A stretch of DNA of 56,602 nt. Source: a virus. Below are positions 9,179 to 18,648 of the stretch, piece after piece. The stretch lies in the IMG/VR virus record IMGVR_UViG_3300045988_059190, one strand, 5' to 3'. The notes below the pieces were generated by a model. It was not told where the DNA came from, made no database searches, and worked only from the letters and a program-made list of their open reading frames with translations. Position 1 is the stretch's first letter; each line of letters opens with the position of its first letter. Both the position numbers and the translations under genes were made by a program.

Positions 9179-9562
9179 ATGGCCGGAGTAAGAGACAAAT
9201 ATCTGAGAGGGGCACATAAAGACATCTACTACATAAGTGAAGAGGATGAAAAAAAGATGTTGAATGAGTGTCAGAGGATGCGTGGAAACGATCAGCTTGA
9301 ATTACTGAAATGGTGTCAAAATGCGAATAATGACTTGTCGGGGATATTGTTCTTCTCACTTATCACGGGAATCGGATACGACTATATAAGCAAGCGTTGC
9401 TGGATCCCGATTGCAAGAAAAGACTTCCAAGGGTATCGGAGGAAAGTCTTGGACGAAATGTATAGGTGGATACTTTGGGGAGAACATGACGATGGAAAGA
9501 TGGCTGAAAGGTTATTTGGAATAAAAAGGCACAAACACGGGAATACTACCGAAAAGGAGTGA
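9179..9562 (+). CDS. hypothetical protein, possible sigma-70 region-4-like HTH
   Basis: RBS is AAGGAAGGGA. The segment SLITGIGYDYISKRCWIPIARKDFQGYRRKVL resembles region-4-type HTH regulators. The match is weak. Confidence 0.5.
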   Translation: MAGVRDKYLRGAHKDIYYISEEDEKKMLNECQRMRGNDQLELLKWCQNANNDLSGILFFSLITGIGYDYISKRCWIPIARKDFQGYRRKVLDEMYRWILWGEHDDGKMAERLFGIKRHKHGNTTEKE

Positions 9563-9567
9563 TGCGG

Positions 9568-9684
9568 ATGGTAAGAATCTTTGTGAACGGTAAACAGGTG
9601 ACAAAAGAAGAACTTTCCAAATATGAAATCCATAACAAGGCGGTAAAAAGGATTCTTTCAGAAAAGTTGACAAAAAATAAGTGA
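9568..9684 (+). CDS. small hypothetical protein (38 aa)
   Basis: AAAAGGAG sits 8 nt upstream. It ends just before the hairpin at 9691. Confidence 0.35.
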   Translation: MVRIFVNGKQVTKEELSKYEIHNKAVKRILSEKLTKNK

Positions 9685-9690
9685 TATTTT

Positions 9691-9728
9691 AGAATTGACC
9701 TTGATAGAATCTTGGTCAATTCTTTTTT
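9691..9728 (+). terminator. intrinsic terminator-like hairpin (or recombinase-related dyad)
   Basis: Perfect 10-bp arms AGAATTGACC / GGTCAATTCT with a 13-nt loop, followed by a T6 run. Confidence 0.5.
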
Positions 9729-9747
9729 AATTGAAAGGAGAATTGAC

Positions 9748-11103
9748 ATGAAAAAATTAAATGTAGGTTATATGAGAGTGTCTACAGAAGCACAGACCGA
9801 AAAGTATGGTCTTGATGTCCAAGAAGACAAGATAAAGGAACTTGCCAAGAAAAGGGGCGTGAAGATAGCCAGATGGTATGTGGACGGGGGATATTCCGGG
9901 AGCAATATCCAAAGGCCGAACATACAGAAACTTCTGGAGGATGCAGAAGCCGGAGAAATCCGGGCAGTATACATCTATAAGCTCGACAGAATGAGCCGTG
10001 ATGTTGTAGATACTCTTACGCTTGTGAGTAAGCTCTTGCCGAAATACAATGTAGAGGTGGTATCAGCTACAGAGGATTTGCGGAATGAGACACCTATGGA
10101 TCGTGTGATGTTGGGCGTTAATGCTGTCATGGGGCAGTATGAGCGTGAGGTTATCTATATGCGTACAAGAGCCGGTATGGTGGAACGTGTAAAGCGTGGA
10201 CTGTGGATGGGTGGCGGTACGATACCTTATGGATATAGGTACGACAGGAATGACGGGATATTACATATCATCCCGGAAGAAGCAGAAAAAGTAAAAGCTG
10301 TCTTTCAGATGTTCCGGGACGGGTATTCGTGCGATAGGATTCAAAAAATTCTCGGGATGCATTCGGAGAAGTTGGTATCTAACATCATTAGGCGAATAGC
10401 CTATGTAGGTAAGATACAGTACAAGGGGAAAACATACCAAGGCTTGCACGAACCAATCATAGACGAAAAACTATTCTACGAAGTACAGGAAGAGATAAAA
10501 AAGAGGTCTACAAATGCTTATGTGAGCAACAAATATATGCTTACCGGGTTGTGCTACTGTGGAAAGTGCGGTACTAAAATGCGGATGCAGAAGTGGGGAA
10601 AGTATACCAAGATAGTATGCTACTCACAGTATAAGGACAAGAAGTATATACCGCAAGGCCCGGAACCGTGTAAAAACAAAAAGGTGAGGGCAGACATAGT
10701 AGAAAAAGAGGTAGAGGATTGCTTTAAACGATTTATCGTTAATGTGGAAGAGAAAGAGAATGAATCTGAAAGTACAAGAAAGATGATAGAAAAAGAGATA
10801 TCACTAAGTGAAGCAAAACTCAAACGCCTATACACATTGTACGCAAACGGAAACTCTGGTACAGATACGCTTTTAGACGTTATCCAGGCAGAAGAAAAAA
10901 CACTAAAAAACCTCCGGGAAGAATTAAAGGCAGAAGATATCCGGGAGAAAGCCGGACAGCAAGAAAAAATAGAGAAAATAAAAGAGATGTCCAACGTGTG
11001 GGATACACTGACGGATTCAGAGAAAAACAAGGTGCTAAAAGAGTGTGTTGAAAAGGTAGTCATCACAGGGGATGATATAGACATACATTTTAGCATATAT
11101 TAA
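9748..11103 (+). CDS. int: large serine recombinase (phage integrase type)
   Basis: Catalytic N-domain YMRVSTEAQ..YGLDVQ, YIYKLDRMSRD. Recombinase domain, zinc ribbon CYCGKCGTKM..C..C and C-terminal coiled coil. RBS is GAAAGGAG. Confidence 0.9.
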   Translation: MKKLNVGYMRVSTEAQTEKYGLDVQEDKIKELAKKRGVKIARWYVDGGYSGSNIQRPNIQKLLEDAEAGEIRAVYIYKLDRMSRDVVDTLTLVSKLLPKYNVEVVSATEDLRNETPMDRVMLGVNAVMGQYEREVIYMRTRAGMVERVKRGLWMGGGTIPYGYRYDRNDGILHIIPEEAEKVKAVFQMFRDGYSCDRIQKILGMHSEKLVSNIIRRIAYVGKIQYKGKTYQGLHEPIIDEKLFYEVQEEIKKRSTNAYVSNKYMLTGLCYCGKCGTKMRMQKWGKYTKIVCYSQYKDKKYIPQGPEPCKNKKVRADIVEKEVEDCFKRFIVNVEEKENESESTRKMIEKEISLSEAKLKRLYTLYANGNSGTDTLLDVIQAEEKTLKNLREELKAEDIREKAGQQEKIEKIKEMSNVWDTLTDSEKNKVLKECVEKVVITGDDIDIHFSIY

Positions 11104-11280
11104 TAGGTACTTTCTCGTGTTCCAACCATCATCCCAACAGCGGTAGGAAGTGGAGAAAAGGAAGAAAAGACCAAGATTCTATTATATGGTTAAGAAAAAC
11201 AAAGACGGGAGTCAGAAATATAAACAGATAGATTAAGAGAAAAAGATTTTGAAAATAATTGAAATCTTTTATTTTTTTAC

Positions 11281-11309
11281 TTGACTATTGGTTACCAATA
11301 TAGTATAAT
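11281..11309 (+). promoter_or_regulatory. near-consensus sigma-A promoter with palindromic operator in the spacer
   Basis: TTGACT-N17-TATAAT. The spacer holds a perfect dyad ATTGGT-T-ACCAAT at 11287-11299. Confidence 0.65.
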
Positions 11310-11351
11310 AAAGACAGTTAAGAGAGGAACACATCACAGGAGGTAAGAAAG

Positions 11352-11585
11352 ATGAAAGAATGGAAATTTGAAAACGGTATTGAAGTATATGAGAAAGAAT
11401 ATGATTATGACGCACATTGTTTTGAGGTGTACAATGAGGATGAATATCTCGGAACTGTATACACAAGCTCTGGCGAGGATACAGCGGAGTGCATCGAGAG
11501 ACTGGATGATGGATTTGACCCAATTTCTGACAACTGGGAAGATGGAATGGGAAATAGTTGTACATTAAATGGATGGGGAGAATAA
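11352..11585 (+). CDS. small highly acidic protein
   Basis: 77 aa with 22 D/E versus 4 K/R. RBS is AGGAGG. It is the first gene after the consensus promoter. Confidence 0.65.
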   Translation: MKEWKFENGIEVYEKEYDYDAHCFEVYNEDEYLGTVYTSSGEDTAECIERLDDGFDPISDNWEDGMGNSCTLNGWGE

Positions 11586-11590
11586 AAGAA

Positions 11591-11770
11591 ATGAGAACAA
11601 TAGAAAGAAACATAATATTCGGGAAAGCCGGAGGAAACGCCAGTAAAAACGCATATAGTTGTAAAGTTTCGCTTCCGGCAGACGCTATCGAAGCATTAGG
11701 CGCCACACCGGAAGACAGGGGCGTGATAATGAGGATAGAAGAGGGAAAAATAATTATAGAAAAAGCATAG
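11591..11770 (+). CDS. AbrB/SpoVT(MazE)-like looped-hinge DNA-binding protein
   Basis: The pattern KVSLPADAIEALGATPEDRGVIMRIEEGKIIIEK is typical of the SpoVT-AbrB fold. RBS is GGGGAG. Confidence 0.5.
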   Translation: MRTIERNIIFGKAGGNASKNAYSCKVSLPADAIEALGATPEDRGVIMRIEEGKIIIEKA

Positions 11771-11879
11771 TTTTTGTGGTAAAATATAAGTATCGAAACA
11801 GTAATAAAATTAAATAACGGGGACAATGAAATAGCACTTCTGACGGTAAGATGTAATTATCGTGGGAGGTGCTATTTTT

Positions 11880-12509
11880 ATGTATAGAGAAAATATGAAT
11901 TATGAAAATCAGCAACGAATGATATTTGACATGGTAAATGAGTTCGGGATACCAGAGATACAACCTACAAAGTATGAACCGTGTGAGTTTATCGGATTCA
12001 ACCAAGCTAAGACATGCAAAGACAGAGCCGGGAAAGGCGTGCATTTCTTTCTTGACGATTACCAATTCCAAAGATTATGGAATAAGCCAGATGCTTACAT
12101 AAACATGCTTTCACAGTTTCGATTTATTATGTCACCAGATTTTAGCACTTATACTGATTTTCCAAAAGCATTACAGATTTACAACCACTTTCGCAAACAC
12201 TGGGTAGGTGCATATATGCAGATGTACGGTATTGACGTGATACCTACAATCAGTTGGAGTGACAGAGAATCGTTTGAGTGGTGCTTTGATGGTGAGCCAG
12301 TAGGCGGTGTGGTAGCAGTATCCAGTGTGGGAGTGATGAACAGCAAGGAGCGGAAAGCACTGTTCGTGGACGGATATAATGAGATGTTGAAAAGATTGAA
12401 ACCCGAGACGGTACTATTTTACGGACAGGTGCCGGAAGAATGCACAGGAAACATCGTAAAGATTAAGTCGTTCGGAGAAGAACTGACGGAAAGGAAAAGA
12501 GGTAAATAA
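11880..12509 (+). CDS. DUF4417 domain protein
   Basis: GVHFFLDDYQFQRLW..MSPDFSTYTDFP..QIYNHFRKHWVGAYMQ..GIDVIPTISW. Confidence 0.7.
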   Translation: MYRENMNYENQQRMIFDMVNEFGIPEIQPTKYEPCEFIGFNQAKTCKDRAGKGVHFFLDDYQFQRLWNKPDAYINMLSQFRFIMSPDFSTYTDFPKALQIYNHFRKHWVGAYMQMYGIDVIPTISWSDRESFEWCFDGEPVGGVVAVSSVGVMNSKERKALFVDGYNEMLKRLKPETVLFYGQVPEECTGNIVKIKSFGEELTERKRGK

Positions 12510-12614
12510 AATGGGAGGGCGCGGAAGTGTAAGCTCATTGAATTCCGGGACACCATATGACCAATTCAAAAAAACGGAGTACTTATCCATGAAGAAGACT
12601 TAAAAGGATTAAAT

Positions 12615-13136
12615 ATGACGCTTGTTAATAAAACACTAAAGGGAATGCAAGATACTTTAAAAGAATTTGGACTTCCGATATCTACTATACATGGTATAGG
12701 AATAGCAATGGCAAAAGATGCAATGGCAAGCGTTAACGGATTTCGAGATTTGAATTTTGGGAGAAAAAGCTATTCACAAAAGGAAAATGAATTCAAGAAG
12801 AGGAATGACATTGTAGACAGCACGGCATATGGGGCGGGAACGCATGAAGCTGGACATGCGATTGTAGATTACGCAATGCATAAGCATAATCAAGGAATGT
12901 CTGTACTTGAATTATCAAATCTGAGACGATCAAGAAAATTCGATAGAGAGATACTGAAAAAGGCGAAAAAGATAAATGGTGGTCATTTGAATGCTATTTC
13001 GAAGTACGGGAGTAGTTCGAGAGGGAAAGCTTCAGCGGAATTAATAGCTGAGGGCGTTTCGGAATATATGAGAAAAAAAGGAAAAGCGAGTGCATCCAGT
13101 AAAGCTATAGTAAAAGCATTAAAAACGTATTTGTAA
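12615..13136 (+). CDS. hypothetical protein with HExxH motif
   Basis: GTHEAGHAIVDY. C-terminal segment is ASAELIAEGVSEYM. It is preceded by a 30-codon ORF, 12511..12603 (MGGRGSVSS..), in another frame. Confidence 0.55.
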   Translation: MTLVNKTLKGMQDTLKEFGLPISTIHGIGIAMAKDAMASVNGFRDLNFGRKSYSQKENEFKKRNDIVDSTAYGAGTHEAGHAIVDYAMHKHNQGMSVLELSNLRRSRKFDREILKKAKKINGGHLNAISKYGSSSRGKASAELIAEGVSEYMRKKGKASASSKAIVKALKTYL

Positions 13137-13145
13137 GGTGATTAT

Positions 13146-13403
13146 ATGGCAAATCTAAATAGCATTGCTAAGAAGTTACAGAAAGCAATACTACAAAAAG
13201 GATTAGTTGTTAAGATGGGGACAAGTCAGTTTTATTCCGTGGAGCAAAATAGACTTATCACCATGTACGCCCTATCTACCAGAGTATTAGAGCGAAAGAA
13301 AAACGGGGAATGGAAATATTATGATTATGAAATTCTCCGAACAGCATCACAGATAGAGATTGTAAATTGTTTAAATGATATATGGAGGGTGGTGAAAGAA
13401 TGA
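13146..13403 (+). CDS. hypothetical protein
   Basis: 85-aa ORF. Confidence 0.55.
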   Translation: MANLNSIAKKLQKAILQKGLVVKMGTSQFYSVEQNRLITMYALSTRVLERKKNGEWKYYDYEILRTASQIEIVNCLNDIWRVVKE

Positions 13404-13720
13404 TTGAGACTTATGCGGAAGCAACAGAAAACATGATTAAAGAAGAAATGCAGAAGAAACTCAGTGACATGATTACAAAGAATGAAAAGCTGAAAGAAAA
13501 GAATGAGTATCTGCAAAAAGAGGTAGAAGACGCAAAGGCTGTCGGAGAACGGGCACTGTGCGAAGTAAAGGAACTTATTGAAAAGAATAAGAGACTGGTA
13601 GAAGAACACAACAGACAGAATGGAACGATACAGGCACTCAATATTGCGCTGGATGTCATTACAGACAGGTACAGCAACCTTAGAAAGAGACTGTGTAGAA
13701 CAGGTAAAGGCGGTGAGTAG
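13400..13720 (+). CDS. coiled-coil protein
   Basis: ATGA coupling to the upstream gene. K/E-rich heptad-like sequence. Confidence 0.55.
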   Translation: MIETYAEATENMIKEEMQKKLSDMITKNEKLKEKNEYLQKEVEDAKAVGERALCEVKELIEKNKRLVEEHNRQNGTIQALNIALDVITDRYSNLRKRLCRTGKGGE

Positions 13721-13751
13721 CATGGATGGATATATGGAAGAGGGTGGGTAG

Positions 13752-14216
13752 ATGCCGAAAGGGAAAGAACCTACTCCGAAACAGAAAGCGTTTGCTGATG
13801 AATTCTTAAAGTGCGGGAATCAGACAGAAGCTGCAAAGAGAGCCGGATATAGCGAGAAGACGGCGCGGCAAGCCGGAGCGGAGAATATGAAAAAACCTGT
13901 CGTTTTGGAATATATACAGAGACGACAGAAACAAATAGAGGATGCTCGTATCGCAGATATCACGGAAGTTATGCAGTATCTTACATCTGTTATGCGTGGA
14001 GAAGTGAAAGATCAGTTCGACTTAGACGCTCCATTATCCGAACGCACAAGGTGTGCACAAGAATTACTCAAACGCAATATGGACGATAGACGAATGAATA
14101 TCGAACTTGCCAAATTAGAAGCACAATACAAAGATTCTACACCAGAGGAAGAAAGCACTGACAACTTCTTGGATGCCTTAAATGCAACAGCGAGCGAGGT
14201 ATGGACGGATGAGTAG
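13752..14216 (+). CDS. terS: terminase small subunit
   Basis: MPKGKEPTPKQKAFADEFLKCGNQTEAAKRAGYSEKTARQAGAENMKKP is a classic Terminase_2-type HTH N-terminus. Confidence 0.9.
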   Translation: MPKGKEPTPKQKAFADEFLKCGNQTEAAKRAGYSEKTARQAGAENMKKPVVLEYIQRRQKQIEDARIADITEVMQYLTSVMRGEVKDQFDLDAPLSERTRCAQELLKRNMDDRRMNIELAKLEAQYKDSTPEEESTDNFLDALNATASEVWTDE

Positions 14217-15531
14217 CATTGAGAACAGAATACATAACATCCGGCAAAGCATTATGAAGCATGCAGTTGCCATGAAAGAAAAGGCTAAGAAGCAAGGATT
14301 TGAGTTCAAGCCTTTTTCTGTTAAACAGAAGAAAGTACTTACCTGGTGGTGTGAATCCAGTCCTGTAAAGAACAAAGAGGGAATCATAGCTGACGGAGCT
14401 ATCCGAAGCGGTAAGACACTGTGTATGTCACTGTCTTATGTTTTGTGGGCAATGAGCACATTTAATCAACAGAATTTTGGTATGGCCGGAAAGACTATCG
14501 GATCATTTCGGCGTAATGTGCTGTTCTGGCTGAAACTGATGTTAAAAAGCCGTGGATATACGGTGGTAGACCATCGGTCGGACAACCTTATTGTGGTCAG
14601 CAAGGGTAATGTGCAGAATTTCTTCTACATATTCGGCGGTAAAGATGAACGTTCTCAGGACTTGATACAGGGAATCACACTTGCCGGAATGTTTTTTGAC
14701 GAAGTGGCATTGATGCCAGAATCGTTTGTCAACCAGGCAACAGGCCGTTGTTCAGTGACAGGTTCTAAATACTGGTTCAACTGCAACCCGGACGGACCTC
14801 GACACTGGTTCAAAGTCAACTGGATCGATAAGTGCGAGCAGAAGAATATCCTGTATCTGCATTTTACGATGGATGATAACCTGTCTCTGTCTGAAGCAAT
14901 TAAGAAGAGATACCGAAGCATGTATGTAGGTGTATTCTTCAAACGGTATATCTTAGGATTGTGGTGTGTGGCTGAGGGACTTGTCTATCAGATGTTTGAC
15001 GAAGAGAAGCACGTAGCACACGAACACATGACGGGAGCAAAAGAATACATCGTATCTATTGACTACGGTACAGTCAATCCGTTCTCTGCCGGGCTGTGGG
15101 CGTTCAACGGACGCACGGCACAGAGAGAAGCAGAAGTGTATTATAACAGCCGTGAGACCGGTAAGAGAGTGGATGATGAAGCATATTATAAGATGCTGAA
15201 AGAGATGATAGGTGATAGAAAGGTGTATTGCATCATCATAGACCCGTCTGCTGCATCATTCATTGAAGTCATTAAGAAATATGAAGAATATACAGTAAAG
15301 AAAGCAGATAATGATGTGCTTGACGGTATACGTGTGGTTACAACCATGCTAAACAAAGGCATGCTTAAGATATACAAAGACTGTAAAGACTGTATTAACG
15401 AATTCGGCATGTACCGGTGGGATGAAGAAAAGAGTGAGGATGCAGTTATTAAAGAAAATGACCACGCTATGGATGATACAAGGTATTTCTGCTACACATT
15501 CTTGCGCAGACGCTTAAGATGGCAATATTAA
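14209..15531 (+). CDS. terL: terminase large subunit (PBSX-like)
   Basis: Walker A DGAIRSGKT, Walker B-like MFFDEV, and a C-terminal nuclease-type acidic motif. It overlaps terS by 8 nt. An alternative ATG lies at 14182. Confidence 0.9.
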   Translation: MSSIENRIHNIRQSIMKHAVAMKEKAKKQGFEFKPFSVKQKKVLTWWCESSPVKNKEGIIADGAIRSGKTLCMSLSYVLWAMSTFNQQNFGMAGKTIGSFRRNVLFWLKLMLKSRGYTVVDHRSDNLIVVSKGNVQNFFYIFGGKDERSQDLIQGITLAGMFFDEVALMPESFVNQATGRCSVTGSKYWFNCNPDGPRHWFKVNWIDKCEQKNILYLHFTMDDNLSLSEAIKKRYRSMYVGVFFKRYILGLWCVAEGLVYQMFDEEKHVAHEHMTGAKEYIVSIDYGTVNPFSAGLWAFNGRTAQREAEVYYNSRETGKRVDDEAYYKMLKEMIGDRKVYCIIIDPSAASFIEVIKKYEEYTVKKADNDVLDGIRVVTTMLNKGMLKIYKDCKDCINEFGMYRWDEEKSEDAVIKENDHAMDDTRYFCYTFLRRRLRWQY

Positions 15532-15543
15532 TGGAGTGAAACA

Positions 15544-16941
15544 ATGAGACTGATAAAAAATATTAAGGCGGTATGGAATAAAATGGTTAAAGTAAATGAC
15601 GCTAAAAACATATTCGGAATTGAAACAGGGCGGTCTTCTGATATGGATACCGCCCTGTCACTGTATAAAAGCATGAGATCTGGTGTACCAAAGTGGTGTA
15701 CCAGTGGGAAGATAAAGCCAACAAGGTTTTCGAATGTGATTTGTCGTGAGATAGCAAACCTCACACTGTTTAATGCGGATATCAATATTACAGGGAATAA
15801 TGAACTACAAAAGAGATTTGACAGAGTAATGAACACGTTACAGGAGAAGCAAGAGGAAAGCTGTGCGACCTGTGGAATGATGGTCAAGAGCAACGGTGAT
15901 GATGTAGAATTTTTGGATCCGGATTACTTTCTGATTACAGACACCAACACGGACGGGGATGCGTTAGCAGCTATCTTTTTCTCCTACCTTAAGAAAAACG
16001 ACAAATACTACACAAAAGCTGAGTATCACAGATTTGAGGATGTCGGACTGGAACGTGTATACCATATATCCAGTAAGGCCTATAAATCAGACAACGAAGA
16101 TATGATCGGGACAGAGATCACGCTTGACAGGGTGGATGAGTGGAAAGACATTGAGCCGGAAGTGTACGTACATGGGTTAGAATATCCACTGTTTGTCTAC
16201 TGGCGAAATCCTTACGCAAATGCGATTGACAAGGAATCTCCACTGACTGTTCCGGCGTTTTCGGAATGCATCGAAGAATTGAGATGGTTGGATATTGCCC
16301 TTAGCAAGATGGGAGACGAACAGGAAGACAGTCAGCACATGACATTTGTATCACAGTCTGCTATACAATTCGCAAACGCACAGGGGATTGAGCTACCAAG
16401 ATTTGTGAGCGGATTGGAGCAAGGGATAAATGAAGACAATACCATTCATGAACATGTGCCTACTCTACTTGTAACAGATAGAGTGAGTGCTATTAACTTC
16501 TACCTATCCATCATCGGATACAAATGCGGATTCTCAAACGGATATTTCTCTTTCGACCAGAATCAAGGCATACAGACAGCAACACAGGTAGAATCTGACG
16601 ATAGACGTACACTACATACTATCCAGGCATTCCGAAACATTTTGGACGGAAAGAATCATGATGGAGTACTGCACAGAATCATCTATATCCTGTATGCGGT
16701 CGGCACAGCAAACGGAACCATCCCGTTGACGAACTACCAAACAGCATGCGATTTTGAAGACCTTGTATATAACTTAGAGGATGATCGTGCACGGTGGTGG
16801 AACTATGTTTTACAGGGCAAGGCTCCGGCATGGATGTATTTTGTGAAATTTGAGAGCATGACCGAAAGTGAAGCAAAAGCAATGATTAAAGAAGCACAGG
16901 AGCAAAACAAACCAGACAGTGGATTATTCGGGGAGGAATAA
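15544..16941 (+). CDS. portal protein (SPP1 Gp6-like)
   Basis: 465 aa directly after terL. C-terminal pattern is TATQVESDDRRT..DFEDLVYNLEDD..MTESEAKAMIKEAQ. Confidence 0.8.
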   Translation: MRLIKNIKAVWNKMVKVNDAKNIFGIETGRSSDMDTALSLYKSMRSGVPKWCTSGKIKPTRFSNVICREIANLTLFNADINITGNNELQKRFDRVMNTLQEKQEESCATCGMMVKSNGDDVEFLDPDYFLITDTNTDGDALAAIFFSYLKKNDKYYTKAEYHRFEDVGLERVYHISSKAYKSDNEDMIGTEITLDRVDEWKDIEPEVYVHGLEYPLFVYWRNPYANAIDKESPLTVPAFSECIEELRWLDIALSKMGDEQEDSQHMTFVSQSAIQFANAQGIELPRFVSGLEQGINEDNTIHEHVPTLLVTDRVSAINFYLSIIGYKCGFSNGYFSFDQNQGIQTATQVESDDRRTLHTIQAFRNILDGKNHDGVLHRIIYILYAVGTANGTIPLTNYQTACDFEDLVYNLEDDRARWWNYVLQGKAPAWMYFVKFESMTESEAKAMIKEAQEQNKPDSGLFGEE

Positions 16942-16944
16942 CGT

Positions 16945-18648
16945 ATGAATACTGTACGTGCAAATATAACGAGTAGCAGATATGCGGAAACAAATAGCAT
17001 TTTCCAATATGATACGGGTAGAAAACTGGAAATATATGGATGCAATCTACCGAAGTCTGTAGAGGTACAATTTTCTACAGACAAAGAAAAAGGAAATACG
17101 ATAACTCGTGTCGGGAACACAAACAATGGTGTCACTACAACAATAATTCCTAATCAGCTTTTAAACGATAGTGAAAAAACAAGCAATTTCTGCATTTTTG
17201 CATTTCTGTATAATGTTGATAACGATGGAGGAAGAACGGAATACGTGATTAAAATACCAGTAGTTGCCCGTCCAAAACCAGAGAATCCATCCGAAGAACC
17301 ATTGCCAGAGCCGAATATATTTCACGAAACTGTAGTAGCAGTAAATGCCAGTGCAGATCGGGCAGAGAAAGCGGCGTCTGATGCAGAAGATATCCGAGAT
17401 AACCTGAATCTTGATTTGTCTGAAAAGATTACTCGTCCTCAGACAGCGGAGGTGGGACAGGTTCTGGCTGTCAAAGAAATTGATGAAAGTGGAAAACCTA
17501 CCGTATTCGAAGCAGAAGATGTCAAAGTACCAACGAAAACTTCTGAATTAGAGAATGACAGCGGATTCCTTACGGAGCATCAGGATATAAGCGGAAAACT
17601 GGACAAGGAGAAACTTCCGGAGGCGATAGATGATGCATTGGCACAGGCGAAAGAAAGTGGGGAGTTTAACGGAAAGGACGGAGCACCTGGAGAAAAAGGT
17701 GAGAAGGGAGATCCTGGAGAAACTACATATGTGGAAAATCCATACGATGATACGGAGATTAAGAAAGAAATCGCTGCTAAGGTAGGGTATTCAGAAGTGG
17801 TAGGCAACCAGTTGTTGATGTATGCAGACGATACGAAGGAAAAGTTGCTGGCAACATTGAAATTGCCGAGTGGCGGAAGTAACTTAGACATCCAGATTAA
17901 CGGACAGAGCATAGTTAGAGATGGGGTTGCGGAGATACCACTAATCAAAGAAAGTAGTCCGGGGTTGGTATCGGTTGATTATTATGCAACAACGGGAGGC
18001 CTTACGAAAGCTAACGAAAAAACTGGTCTTATACGTGTATTTTCAGCGAGAAAAACTGAAATCAATAATCGTTCTAATGATTGTCTTCCGATTACATCAC
18101 CACTTCTCGACTACGCCGTAAAAGCTGCCATGTGTGATGGAAAAGGTGGTGCGTGGACAGCCGAGGAACAAGCGAATGCTAGAGACAGGATTGGAATTGA
18201 TGAGTATGAAGATGTTTTAGACGTGACACTTGAAGAAGATAGCTCATTTTCCGCAGATTTTGAACATGAATACAAACAACTGTATATCTACATTGACCAA
18301 TCAGGAGTTACGGAAAAAATATATGGTGTGATATTTCTGTATCCGTATTCATACGTCGACGGTGAAGGTAAAAAGATAAACACTTTTTGTAGTTATTACC
18401 AGCCTACTTCCAAAGCATATTCTAATGTAGCATCCGTTTGGAAAAGTTATGGAAAAGTTGCTACAAGAATCGCAAGTGTTACTAACGATCAAAAAAATAC
18501 AACAGGCAATCAAACAACTTGTTTAAAAGTTTGGGATACAAGTATGTCTAATATAAATGGAATTGGAGATTCGTTCAAAGGTATCTATCCAAGTACTACT
18601 ATTTTCAAAGCTGGAACCAGACTTGTTGTGAAAGGGGTGAGAGCATGA
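16945..18648 (+). CDS. collagen-like fibre protein with BppU-N-like N-terminus
   Basis: Six G-X-Y triplets, GKDGAPGEKGEKGDPGET. The N-terminal ~60 aa is paralogous to the remnant at 42690..42900. Its position next to the portal gene is atypical. Confidence 0.65.
   Translation: MNTVRANITSSRYAETNSIFQYDTGRKLEIYGCNLPKSVEVQFSTDKEKGNTITRVGNTNNGVTTTIIPNQLLNDSEKTSNFCIFAFLYNVDNDGGRTEYVIKIPVVARPKPENPSEEPLPEPNIFHETVVAVNASADRAEKAASDAEDIRDNLNLDLSEKITRPQTAEVGQVLAVKEIDESGKPTVFEAEDVKVPTKTSELENDSGFLTEHQDISGKLDKEKLPEAIDDALAQAKESGEFNGKDGAPGEKGEKGDPGETTYVENPYDDTEIKKEIAAKVGYSEVVGNQLLMYADDTKEKLLATLKLPSGGSNLDIQINGQSIVRDGVAEIPLIKESSPGLVSVDYYATTGGLTKANEKTGLIRVFSARKTEINNRSNDCLPITSPLLDYAVKAAMCDGKGGAWTAEEQANARDRIGIDEYEDVLDVTLEEDSSFSADFEHEYKQLYIYIDQSGVTEKIYGVIFLYPYSYVDGEGKKINTFCSYYQPTSKAYSNVASVWKSYGKVATRIASVTNDQKNTTGNQTTCLKVWDTSMSNINGIGDSFKGIYPSTTIFKAGTRLVVKGVRA

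Noticed and set aside
9070-9219. 49-codon ORF (MNALEEKTKEKTVKRKKNYYLVKSD...) in the 9040-9178 gap
   Set aside because: It has poor RBS spacing and overlaps the RBS-led ORF 9179..9562. It cannot be told apart from chance in an A-rich spacer.
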